DNA from: Fistulifera solaris
Taxonomy: Eukaryota
Length of the DNA stretch: 64,000 nucleotides
Assembly (NCBI GenBank): GCA_030295235.1
Contig: AP026131.1
Span: forward strand, 248,001-312,000
Direction: 5' to 3'
Position 1 is the stretch's first letter. Every line of letters starts with the position of its first letter. The notes beneath the pieces are model-generated. The model did not search any database, was not told the origin of the DNA, and saw nothing but the letters and a program-made list of their open reading frames with translations. Position numbers and translations under genes: made by a program. This document shows, piece by piece, positions 26,401-37,752 of the stretch.

Positions 26401-27135
26401 TTATCCTATGCAGATTGACCTGGTAATGTCGTTGGCGAAATCACCCTGCGATGACTGGAAATCTGTTTGGAAGGAACCGCCCAACTCGTTCTGCAGTATC
26501 TTTCGATAATCGAGTAAAATGGTCTTGTGATCTGCAAAATAGGTGTGATTCTCAACTTCTGAAAAGGGGATTTTGATGACCTCTTTGACATCATCGGCGG
26601 CTTCTGGATGCTCCGTCCCGTCCAAATGGATCGCATACGTGACTGATACTGTATGTCGTCGATTGTCTCGTCGGGGGTCAGAGTAAATACCGATCAATCG
26701 CGGTCGAGAAGGGATCGTCTTGATACCCGTCTCCTCGGCTAGTTCGCGTAAAACAGCTTCTTCCACGGACTCTCCCATTTGCACGAATCCACCAACCGTC
26801 GCGAGTTGACTTGTATCCTTCCGTCTCACTAACCAAACGTGATCTCGACCCGTCATCACAACTAAATCAATAGCCAGACTGGGTGTGCAAAGACAGTAGC
26901 CATCCGTGTCGCCACACCAACACGAGCCAGCATGGGCATCGGACGGATGCCCTCCGTGCCATTCCCGTGCATAACTTCGTAAGTCTAACCGAAACATTGC
27001 GTTGTTACCTTTCCACATGAGCACGACGGCCCCAGCTAATAGGATATTCAGAGCAACGGAAAGAATCAGACGAATATTAGTCGTCGACGCCGCTCGCGGT
27101 GAATGCAGTTTCCATTTTCTTCTCGGGTACACCAT
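26401..27135 (-). CDS. Nudix hydrolase (ADP-ribose pyrophosphatase-like) with N-terminal TM anchor
   Basis: Nudix box GGFVQMGESVEEAVLRELAEETG; YSDPRRD.R.H.VS; A.DD; DH. Confidence 0.92.
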   Translation of the reverse strand: MVYPRRKWKLHSPRAASTTNIRLILSVALNILLAGAVVLMWKGNNAMFRLDLRSYAREWHGGHPSDAHAGSCWCGDTDGYCLCTPSLAIDLVVMTGRDHVWLVRRKDTSQLATVGGFVQMGESVEEAVLRELAEETGIKTIPSRPRLIGIYSDPRRDNRRHTVSVTYAIHLDGTEHPEAADDVKEVIKIPFSEVENHTYFADHKTILLDYRKILQNELGGSFQTDFQSSQGDFANDITRSICIG

Positions 27136-27558
27136 TTTAAAAGAAAAAGATTACTGGTCGTTTAATGTCTAGTCAGTTGTTGTCGCTTGCAAGCAAAGTT
27201 GTAACATTCTGCGGTGCTTCAACAAAAACGTGAATGGAGAAAATGCGCGAGACGACTTTCAATGCAGTGAGTACCGCGGTACTCATGAATAGAGTAAGAC
27301 AATTTAATTTTAAATGGCTAGCAACAGAACAACTTACCTCAAACGCGAACATAGCAAACATTCATTCAAACAAAACCGCGAACAAAAACAGAAAATGAAA
27401 TGGTTCACCATAAACGGAGGGATTATTTGTGAAAGCGCAATGCAACTATTAGTTTAGCAGATTTATGTGCAGACTCAGGTTGTTGGGAGGTGTGGTAGGT
27501 CTTCTGTGCGGTGAAGTTTTGCATTCTCCTTTATTTGGGGATAATGACTCGATCAATT

Positions 27559-28431
27559 TCATGGGGATAATGACTCGATCAATTTCATGGGAGAAGCTTT
27601 CCGAGACAACGATCTCAGTGACTTTGACTTGGATCGTTGGTAGGGCGATATTGCAACGTCCATTCTCGCAAATGATCGCTGTGACGACTTGAGCTTGGTA
27701 TTTATTGGACTTCCGGGACTTCCGGTTTGACAGGGATTTGTTAGTATCTTCGTTGATGTGCTAGCTTCTTCAACACGTACGTTCGGTGAAACATGTGTAC
27801 TTGACCGGGGAGCGTATGGAGGCCGCCGAGAACTTTCTATGTTGCTCAAGCATGAAATCATACTTGGGTTCATGGACTTTGTTCTCGAGTGTGTGAGAGC
27901 CAACATTTGTGGCTCATAATGAAACACAAGAGGCGACTCGTTATCATTCGGAACGACAAAATCATCCCCAGCGACTAAAGCATCTTGAACACCTCGCAAG
28001 TTCGCTCTTTGTGCAGAATGTGAACAAAACGATCGATAGATGCTGGAAATCTTGTGAGGGTCGCTTATGCCAGCTTTCCTTTGGCGGTCTTGTTCACTCG
28101 TCACGACCCATCGCGATAACGATTTTCTGAAGTGGTCATATTCACCACGCTCAAGTCCGCGAAAGGTGTGATCTGTCGTTTCAAAAAATCTTTTATCATT
28201 GGCCAGGGACATGATCATGTTGTCTCTCCTTTGGAAATTCTTGTAGTCGTCGCGATTGTACCATAATGAATCCGGCAAAACGCTCCAGTGGGTACCATCG
28301 TCGTCGACATGGTGGACTTGGACGTTATCGTCATCGAAACGGATTCGCGACTTGGTACTGGTAACTCTCTCCATTCTTGTCCACCTTCGAATGCCAATGC
28401 AAAAGTTTTGTGGGCATTGTATGCATTTCAC
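27559..28431 (-). CDS. Diatom-type hypothetical protein
   Basis: IRF...V, LWY...DY..F, RGLE, EQ.RQ, D...I...Y, A..RG..D pattern, recalled as common in diatom hypothetical families. Confidence 0.6.
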   Translation of the reverse strand: MKCIQCPQNFCIGIRRWTRMERVTSTKSRIRFDDDNVQVHHVDDDGTHWSVLPDSLWYNRDDYKNFQRRDNMIMSLANDKRFFETTDHTFRGLERGEYDHFRKSLSRWVVTSEQDRQRKAGISDPHKISSIYRSFCSHSAQRANLRGVQDALVAGDDFVVPNDNESPLVFHYEPQMLALTHSRTKSMNPSMISCLSNIESSRRPPYAPRSSTHVSPNVRVEEASTSTKILTNPCQTGSPGSPINTKLKSSQRSFARMDVAISPYQRSKSKSLRSLSRKASPMKLIESLSP

Positions 28432-29492
28432 TGAGATACCAAATTGCGTATCAGCTCGTGATGCTTCGTTTTCGTCGGTTGAATTTGTGAGTCAGAAAGG
28501 CAGAGAAGACAAACATCGGTAAGTCTACTGAAAATGAGTAGTTGCTATGCGCTATGGGGCAATGCGCAAGCTGTGCATACAGATAATAGATAATAGCGGA
28601 TAATAGTCTAGAACCTATTGATCCAAGATCTGGATACGATATCTACGATCTACGATCAACGTTCGACATGCGCTGTTTGCTGTTTGATGTTCGAGTGTTC
28701 CGTAGACTACAGTAACTCTCTAGCTAGAGACTCTAGAGACCAGAGACCAATCATCGTTCATCGTACCTGTTACAGTACTACGTAATAAGGTAGAAAGTTT
28801 AGTTTGTAGTAGACTAAGGTGTTCTACACCTGTATAAATCTGGAGGCACACGACAAACGACCAAAAGACAAAAGACACAAGACAAAAGACCCACGATGTC
28901 GATGATCGATGACTGATGACTGATGACATCTGAATACCGTAGTCATAATGAAAACCTTTTAGATACAGTACGTCATCGGCGCACTTCTATCGAGTGACAA
29001 GTGACGACAGCTCCTCAAGGGTTCATACTTTTTGCGAACTGATCGCAATCAATAACCAACTCATTGATCGCAATACGATCCAGAAATCTTTCACGACTAG
29101 AGCGGTTTTTGCCATAAAAAAAGACAGACTATGAACTATGAAGACTAGGCATTGAGCATTATCATTATGCATTAGGCATTATGCGAATTGCGAATCGGAA
29201 CATTTAGGAACTCTAGACTCTAGGTCTAATGGTTAATGTTCATGGTTCATGTTCACGACTAGGAACCTGGAGGCAATTGAAATTGAAAAGCACGAGAAGC
29301 CGAAGTCGAGCAGACCACTTTTACTGACTTGTTCATGAGTTTTCATGAAGGTTTTCATGTGTAAGTTGAAACGTGTGCCGCTGTCGCCTGTCTATCAAGG
29401 AAATAACACGGTCTCAATAATTCGAAAGGTTGCAATTCGCAGTGTTCGAGTTTTTAGTTGGTAAAACTACGTCACGTCATTAGAGCCACTCT

Positions 29493-30971
29493 CTAGATGT
29501 AACCATGAGTCGATCGAGCAAAACCATCCTTGTTGCGTAGAACGGTACGCGTATGTTGCATCACTTTACGAACGGACTCAATATCATTGCCAAGGTTGCC
29601 GTATCTCACCATGCAAGCCTTCCGGACTTGTGTCGTCCAGAAACGAAGTTTGTTGATTGTCAAATTTTGGTCCTTTGAAGCGGAGTGAATGAACCCCATC
29701 AATTCATAACAAAGGTGGAGAATCTTCAACGGGTGGGTGAGAAATTGGATGGACACATGAAACTCAGGAAATAGAAACACGTACCGACAGATGCTCTGTG
29801 CTGGCGTTGTTGCACGCTACCATTGACAGATGCAGAGGCAAGCAGATTTTCTGCAACAAATAATCAAGATGGTTGACTTCAACTGACTTCGTTGACTGTA
29901 GCGCATAGTTCAAGTATGAAATGTATATCTGGGTAAAGCCAACGCGAATAAAATGTTTCGTCCCGTTAGCAATGTCCTTGGCTTGTAACACGTCCTCTAA
30001 TAACCGAATGGTTGCCGAGCGTGCTTCTTGCACATCCACATCATCGAGTGTCCGATTGCATAGACGCACCCACGAGTCCAGCGTAGAAACTGATATCGAA
30101 TCGGGAGGTGCGTCCCAAAATTCGGCTTCACCGGTACAGCGACGACACTGACAGACGAACTCATGTCGATGGCGGAGTGTCGCGTGACGCTGAGGATAGG
30201 GTTGCGTCGGCGGAAGGTAACTCCATACAATTTCCTGTCCTGCCTTGATCGAATCACAGGCATGCGTAATCATCGTTTCACCGGCAAATACTCGAACAGC
30301 ATTGGGAACACAAGAATGATTGATCATCGCAGCTAGCGGGAAGAGACCCAAGAGTCGCCGAGGGGTAAAAGTGTTGTTGTCGAGCCATTGATGTTCGATG
30401 GATGAATAAGTTACAAAATCCGGTCCAAATGCGTTTTTTCGAATGATTTGTAGCAACCCATCGTCTGAAATATTGTTGATTGTAAATGAAGCTGTCGCTT
30501 CGTCGGATCCGCGTCCTAGAAGTTGTGCAATCGATAGAGAGGTTGTGTTGGAGGCCGTGGCACCCATCAACGCCATAAAACTTTCCACCGTCGCCTGTTC
30601 ATCCGCGTTGGAAATCAAGCTTTTCATTTTTCTACAAGAACTTGCTCAGAGATTTCCTCCAAGGTACCCGGCTCACTGTTTCGAGATACCCATAGTTGAT
30701 AGACGGATTCAACTCGTGCGGATACTGTTGCTGGGGTAACAAACAAACACTCTCCCGCCGCGATATTACGCATAGCAATAAGACCACGGCCACTCACAAC
30801 CGCTGTATTTGTGATTGCAACTGGTCCGACATAGTAACAAGATGTCCTTGTATTCGCATTTATATGATCATCGTTCTTTTGGAATAACAGTGACGAAATG
30901 TCGGAAGGATCGTCCACCTTGTTCCATTTCATTGCCGAATCGCCTATTTTTCCTGTTGAAGACATAACCAT
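29493..30971 (-). CDS. SET-domain (SMYD-like) lysine methyltransferase; frameshift near 30630, probable intron near 29725..29784
   Basis: GRGLIA..I.AGE, NAF, GLFPLAAMINHSCVPNA, GQEIVWSY, FVCQCRRC. Confidence 0.9.
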
Positions 30972-31108
30972 TAAACTGTCTAAAAAAGATTAAATGTGTT
31001 GATGATGATAAGGAGAACGAAGTATCAGTGCCTGTGAAGACGACAACAACAAACAAAAATAAAATGCATGTTCTTGTCTTCGTGACTGAAATGCAGTCGT
31101 GTTGAAAA

Positions 31109-31197
31109 CGGTAAACACTTTGAGCATACAGTGAAAAACGGAGAACACTTTGAGCATACAGTGAAAAACGGAAAACACTTTGAGCATACAGTGACAA
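31109..31197. repeat. 30-bp tandem repeat, three copies
   Basis: aacactttgagcatacagtga at 31114, 31144 and 31174. Confidence 0.9.
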
Positions 31198-31744
31198 GGA
31201 TCCGCAATTGTCGAGGGCGTGCCTTGTTAATGATGCTGATGGTGATTGCATCCTTTTAAGCCCATCAAGTTAATAGAACGGTGGTTGAAGCAGCAGTCCG
31301 GCTCAAAATAATGATCATGATTCATGACTGAAAGCAGTCGTGGCGAGTTAGCACCAAAGCACAATGACTTTCGATTTTAGGTCATTAGAAAAGGTCGGGA
31401 AAACATCAATTTGAAAAAATGATTGATTGCCAGGGAAGGGAATTCATCATTCAAACCGAGTTTTATTTAGCCTTTCGGCTCGGAGACTTTTTCTAATGCA
31501 GACATTTGAAATGGCCTCGACTCTGCGGGCCCTAGTGTAGCACGGATTGTCTACGGAACAATGGTGCAAACATTGTGAATCTTACATTAGCTAAGGATGA
31601 TTGCTATAACTATAAAAAGATTTTCAGTCTGTGTTCAAGCTTAGTGATCGGACGTAAGCTATAGCTCGCGGAAATTTGTATTGTTTTTGTTGCTGTACAG
31701 AAAACTTTAAAGCTAGCAGACTTTTATGCATGATTGTAATCTAA

Positions 31745-33352
31745 TCAAATTCTTTTCTCGAGTCGTACAAAATTATGAATGCGATCGGCTCCAAGAGCGT
31801 AGATGAGTGCATTCAAACCATACACTAAACTCCAGTCTTGGCCACTTGCATCGAGTATCCTTCCCGTCACGTAGGTGGCACCTGTTCCAATCAACACGGC
31901 TGGTAGGCTGGTTACACTGTACAATAGACCTGCCCACTTCGGGCCGCTCTTTTTCTTGATTGGCTGCATCATAGCCAGCCGAGTTGAAAGACAAGAACCC
32001 AATGTTGACGGCTATATACAGCTGGGCTACCCACGCTTGTTCGGGAATATGCCAAGCGAGCAAACCCAGCGACAGAGCTGGGACAAGAAGACCGATTGAT
32101 TGAAATAATTTTCGAATATTTGTTCGGGCCGTCTCATCCTCGGGATCTACGATCCGTTGCACAACGGAATCGGCCGTTGTCCCTGCAACTATCCCTCCCA
32201 TAACACCTGCTACACAAGGTAAAATCGACATCCAAGCCGAGCCGCGCACACCAATTCCATATTGTTCCAAGTAGAACGTCGGTGTCCATGCTAAAGCTAG
32301 ATAATTGCCCCAATTTTTGGCCGAGTGGGCCAGAAACATCATACGCTCCTTTCGATTGAATCATCTCTTTCCATGGTGCATCCTTTATGCTGAGCTGGCT
32401 ATCATTTGGATTAAAGTCATTTCCTTCCTTTGGCGTCGCAGGGCTATCTTCAGCGAGAAACAACCACGGAAGCAGCAAAAGTAGACTACCGCTGCCATAC
32501 ACATAAAATAGTTCTCTCCAATCTCCAAAAAAATCTAAAATGACCGGACTTAACAGCAATGCCACAATCGTTCCCGACTGGAAGCCGCTGAAAAGAAAAG
32601 CTAGTGCTGTTGCGCAAAACAGAAATGAGATCTACATGTGTGTGAGAGCGCATGCTTTATCGCAGACTTGTCGTACCTCTACTTTTCTCATTCACCAAAG
32701 TCCATTCATTGAGTATTCGCGTCGATGTGGGCAACAGAATACTCTCTCCTGCTCCGACAAGCATACGAGCAATCAAAAGTGGCCCGATGGAAGAAGGCCG
32801 AGACTATCGTCAGCGGTAGCAATGGTTGCGAGACTCCACAGCAATACCCGAAGCCATCAAGAGTCGCGGAGACCACTGTCCCGCCAAGAATCCAGCGGGT
32901 AATATAACGAGAGCGTAGCCAAAGCTCAACAATGATGAGATGGAACCTTTGGTGGTATCCGTGAAATGAAACTCTTCCGCCATGGGGATGATAGCTACCG
33001 ACATGGCGATGCGATCAATTGCCGATAAACACGCGGTAAGCCATAAAAGTCCCAGCATAGTGTACTTGAGTAACTCGGGTTTGTTGCTTGTTTCAACAAG
33101 CGAATTGTTTTTCTTTTGTGTCAGGGCAGCGAGGGGTTCGTCGAGATTCGTCGATGACGGTAATTCCAATTTTCTTTCAATAGCAGGACTCTCATCTTTT
33201 CGAGCAAATAGGCGTGATTGAAGCAATCGAAGTGAAAATGAAGAGTGCGGTATTGACGATATTCTTGTGGAAAGAACCGTAGGGAATGCGGAAAATGCGT
33301 CGACGCAATTGTAAAATATTATTGAATAGAGCAGAAGCTGTCGGCCGCCCAT
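31745..33352 (-). CDS. MFS anion/phosphate transporter (SLC17/PHT4-like), probably plastid-targeted; several frameshifts
   Basis: Signal peptide ending VDA-F; DRIAMSVAIIPMAEEF, GDWRELFYVYG, APWK, AH...NWG.Y..LAWTPTFY, RKLFQSIG. Confidence 0.85.
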
Positions 33353-33629
33353 CTTGATTCTCCTTCCTTTTCTGGTCATATTTTGCTTCTTTGGGCGAAT
33401 GAGAATCGCCTTTGTAGTTAATCAGGATAAATTATTGTTGCGGATCATTCGAGGGAAAGATTGCGATGGGAGACCGATGAGCGAATGAATAAAACGAAGG
33501 AAATAATGAAAATGAAAGGTGAAAAGCAATGAGATAATTGTGGCAGGCGCCCGTGAGAGGCGGAAAAGTTAAGGTTAAGGGCATGAAAAGAATTACAGTA
33601 ACCTTACTCCGGAGTACATAAAGGCAAAC

Positions 33630-33698
33630 GACGTTAAAATTCTGCCTCGCCGTAGGCCCTACGTAGAAACTTGTACTGAGAGGCAGAATTTTAACGTC
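33630..33698. repeat. Hairpin (inverted-repeat) element, copy 2
   Basis: 19-bp perfect inverted repeat gacgttaaaattctgcctc / gaggcagaattttaacgtc; loop homologous to copy 1. Confidence 0.88.
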
Positions 33699-33819
33699 CT
33701 TTCAAGTAGACGACTCTAGAGTCTAGTCTAGGTCTAGATAGTCATTCTATCATAAAAAAAAAAATTTTGGAATCATCGGTGTCTAAGCGACGTAAGGTTA
33801 ACAGAGATTCTGTATAAAT

Positions 33820-36800
33820 TTGAGAATTTGCTTGCGGTCAAACAAAGATTCTGTGGTCGTTCCAAAAATTCTGGAATGTTGATTGGGTCATGCGAAAGTC
33901 TGTGGCCGTTCCAGAAATTCTACAAGTAGAATCTAATTCTGGACTCGTTGTTTTGGGTAATACAGAGAATCTGTGCCCGTTCCAGAAATTCTAACGAAAG
34001 TCTGTGGGCGTTCCAGATATCTGGAATCCATATTTTGGAACAAACAAAATTTTTTTGGTCGTTCCAGAAATGCAAGAATCGTTGTTTCGGGTCAAACATA
34101 GATTCTGTGGTCGTACCAGAAATTCTGGAATCGAAGCTTTGGATCAAACAGAGATTCTTTGGTCGTTCCAGAAATTCTGGAATTTATATTTTGGAACAAA
34201 CAGAGGTTCGGTGGTCGTTCCAGAAATTCTGGAATCTATATTTGGAACAAACAGAGATTTGGTGGTCGTTCCAGAAATTCTGGAATGTTGTATTGGGTCA
34301 GAGGAAAGTGTGTGGGCCTTCCAAATTCTGAAAACAATATTTTATATCAAACAGAGATTCGGTGGTCGTTCCAGGTATTCTGGACTTGTTCGATTGGGTA
34401 ATACAGAGCTTCTGTGGTCGTTCCAGAAAATCTGGAATCGGAGATTTGGATCAAACCGAGATTCGGTGATTGTTCCAAAATTCAAAAATCGTTGTTTCGG
34501 GATAAACGTAGATTCTGTGCCCGTTCCAGAAATTCTGGAAAGTGTGTTCAGTAGAAAACAGAGATTCTGTGGTCGTTCCAGATATTCTGGAATCGAAGAT
34601 TTGAATCAAACATAGACTCTGTGCCCGTTCCAGAAATTCTGGAATCGTTGTATTGAATAATACGAAAGGCTTAAGTCGTTCCAGAAATTCTGGAATCTAT
34701 TTTTGGAACAAACAGAGATTCGGTGGTCGTTTCAGAAATTCTGGACTCGTTTTTTTGGGTAATACAGAGATTCTGTGCCTGTTCCAGAATTTCTGGAATC
34801 GAAGATTTGAATCAAACAGAGATTCTGTAATAGGTTCCAGAAATTCTGGAATCTATATTTTGGAACAAACAGAGATTCGGTGGTCTTTCCAGAAATTCTG
34901 GAATCTGTTTTTAGGAACACACCGACTGAGTAGCACAGTTGGTTACTCTCCGGTTGACGAACCCGGAGGGGCGAGGTTCGATACGGTGGTTGGTCGATCT
35001 TGGCGCCCAGCGCCGTAGATGAGAGTCTTGAGACGATCGGTGGTCCCCGGTCGTGTCTGAATCAGATAGGAGCCCCTCATTTCGCATGTTCCACATGTTT
35101 GACCTGGCAGCGGTTCGGTGTTCGGTGGATTTCATCCATTGTCCATTGGGTCAGTTGTGTTTCTCTAACTCGATTAGGGACTCGGTTCTCTTGTAGGGAT
35201 AGGACGTAAGCATAGTAGATTCTAGCCATTTTTTTTATTTTTTGGAACAAACAGAGATTCGTGTTCGTTTCAGAAATTCTGGACTCGTTTTTTTTGGGTA
35301 GTCTAATTCAGAGATTCCGTGCCCATTCCAGAAATTCTGGAATTGTTGTATTGGGTGAAACATTCTGTGGTTGTTCCAGAAATTCTGGAATCGAAGATTT
35401 GAATCAAACAGAGATTCTGTGCCAGTTTCAGAAATTCTGGAATCTATATTCTGGAGCAAACAGAGATTTGGTGGTCGTTCCAGAAATTCTGGAATCTATT
35501 TTTTGAACAAACAGAGATTCTTTGCCATTTCCAGAAATTCTGGAGTTGTTGTATTGGGTGAAACAGAGATTCTGTGGTCGTTCCAGACAATCTGGAATGA
35601 TGTATTGGGTCATAAGAAAGTCCGTGGGCGTTCCAAAATATTGAAAACCATATTATTCATCAAGCACAGATTCTGTGGTCGTTCCAGAAATTCTGGACTC
35701 GTTCGGTTGGGTAACACAGAGGTTCGGTGGTCGTTCCAGAAATTCTGGAATTTATATTTTGGACCAAACAGAGATCCTGTGGTTGTTCCAGAAATTCTGG
35801 AATCGAAGATTTGAATCAAACAGAGATTCTGTGTCCGTTCCGGAAATTCTGGAATCTTTTTTGGAACAAACAGAGATTTGGTGGTCGTTCCAGAAATTCT
35901 GGAAATAGTAATTGGGATCACACATAGATTTTCTGTGGTCGTTCCAGAATTTTGTGTATAATGTGTTTTGAAAGAAACAGAGATCCTGTGCCGGATCCAG
36001 AAATTCTGGAATGATGTATTGGGTCATAAGAAAGTCCGTGGGCATTCAAAAATATTGAAAACCATATTATTCATCAAGCACAGATTCTGTGGTCGTTCCA
36101 GAAATTCTGGAATCTATATTTTGGACCAAACAGAGATTCTGTGGTCGTTCCAGAAATTCTGGAATTTATATTTTTAAACCCACAGAGGTTCGGAGGTCGT
36201 TCAAGAAAATTTGGAATCTTTTTTTTGGAACAACAGAGGTTCGGTGGCCGCTCCAGAAATTCTGGAATCGAAGATTTGAATCAAACAGAAATTCTGTACC
36301 AGTTCCAGAAATTCTGGAATCTATATTTTGGAACAAACAGAGATTCGGTGGTCTTTCCAGAAATTCTGGAATCTATTTTTGCAACAAACAGAGATTCGTG
36401 TTCGTTTCAGAAATTCTGGACTCGTTTTTTTTTGGGTAGTCAAATTCAGAGATTCCGTGCCCATTCCAGAAATTCTGGAATTGTTGTATTGGGTGAAACA
36501 TTCTGTGGTCGTTCCAGAAATTCTGGAATCGAAGATTTGAATCAAACAGAGATTCTGTGCCAGTTTCAGAAATTCTGGAATCTATATTCTGGAGCAAACA
36601 GAGATTTGGTGGTCGTTCCAGAAATTCTGGAATCTATTTTTTTGAACAAACAGAGATTCTTTGCCATTTCCAGAAATTCTGGAGTTGTTGTATTGGGTGA
36701 AACAGAGATTCTGTGGTCGTTCCAGAAATTCTGGAATCGAAGCTTTAGATCAAAGAGAAGTTCGGTGGGCGTTCCTGAAATTCTGGATTCGGTAATTTGG

Positions 36801-37410
36801 ATCAAACAGAGTTTGTTTGCCCTTTCCAGAAATTTTGAAATTGTTGTATTGGGTGAAATATAGATTTTGTGGTCGTCCCAGAAATTCTGGAATCTTTTTT
36901 GGAACAGACAGAGGTTCGGAGGACGTTCCAGAAATTCTGGAAATTGTGGTTTGTTAGAAACAGAGATTCTGTGCCTGTTCCAGAAATTCTGGACTCGGTA
37001 ATTTGGATCAAACAGAGATTCTTTGCCATTTCCGGAAATTTTGGAATTGTTGTATTGTGTGGAACAGAGATTCTGTGGTCGTTCCAGAAATTCTAGAGCC
37101 TATATTTTGGAACAATCAGAGATTCGTTGGTCGTTCCAGAAATTCTGGATTCGTTTTTTTTGGGTAATACAGTGTTTTGGGTAATACAGAGATTCTGTGC
37201 CAGTCCCAGAAATTCTGGAATAGTTGTACTGGGTCAAACAGCAATTCTGTGGCTGTTCCAGAAATTCTGGAATGTTGTATTGGGTCATACGAAAATCTGT
37301 GGGCGTTCCAATTTCCAGAGCAATATAATATAGTAGCAACAATTGAATTATCTGCGCTTTATTTTGTAGTGAACATTCATACGAAAGTCTGTGGGCGTTC
37401 CAGGTTCCAG
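33820..37410 (+). repeat. Tandem array of ~52-bp units with a double-palindrome core
   Basis: Core AACAGAGATTCTGTGGTCGTTCCAGAAATTCTGGAA; CCAGAAATTCTGG at 34116, 34168, 34220 and 34271 (period 52, 52, 51); roughly 60 units estimated from length. Confidence 0.97.
34920..35243 (+). mobile_element. Putative tRNA-derived SINE (or Pol III ncRNA) inserted in the array
   Basis: A box TAGCACAGTTGG 34931..34942; B box GGTTCGATAC 34975..34984; degenerate cloverleaf 34924..34996; T-rich tail 35229..35243; ttttt(a)ggaaca on both flanks. Confidence 0.7.
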
Positions 37411-37752
37411 AACAATATATAGTAGCAACAATTGAATTATTTGTGCTTTATTTTGTAGTGAACATTCACTGCTCGAAGAACAGACACCAAGAACCAAGAA
37501 TTTATTTGGAAGTAATGAACACCACTTGTTCAAAGACAGTCTATAGTAGCAACTAGCAAACCATTGAATTTTCCGTCCTTTATTTTGTAGTGAACATTCA
37601 CTGCTCGTAGAACAGACACCAAGGATTTATTTGGAAGTAATGAACACCACTTGTTCATAATCAGTCCAGCGATGATCTGAAATTTCAAAGCTTTATCTAC
37701 AAGCTGGTTGTAAAAGACTCGAGTCCTGAATAATGAACACCACTTGTTCATA
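37289..37752. repeat. Nested tandem duplications at the right edge of the array
   Basis: tttattttgtagtgaacattca three times; taatgaacaccacttgttca three times; tagtagcaacaattgaattat twice. Confidence 0.85.

Noticed and set aside
30868..31251. ORF with SLYAQSV repeats
   Set aside because: Translation of a non-coding 30-bp tandem repeat upstream of the SET gene.
34924..34996. Functional tRNA gene
   Set aside because: D and T stems pair poorly and the anticodon loop is not a clean 7 nt; treated as a tRNA-derived head.
35160..35185. Telomere repeat or telomerase template (ctctaac...ttaggg)
   Set aside because: A single TTAGGG in a small hairpin; no tandem telomeric repeats and no full template sequence.
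33820..37410. CRISPR array (palindromic ~36-bp repeat plus variable spacer)
   Set aside because: Linkers are only ~16 bp, fall into a few recurring related classes and are duplicated in blocks; repeats are degenerate; no cas genes; eukaryotic intron-containing context.
33920..37533. Many overlapping ORFs (VVPEILES / FQKFWN / RSRNSG repeats)
   Set aside because: Translations of the 52-bp DNA repeat in all six frames; the period is not a multiple of three and no frame is maintained.
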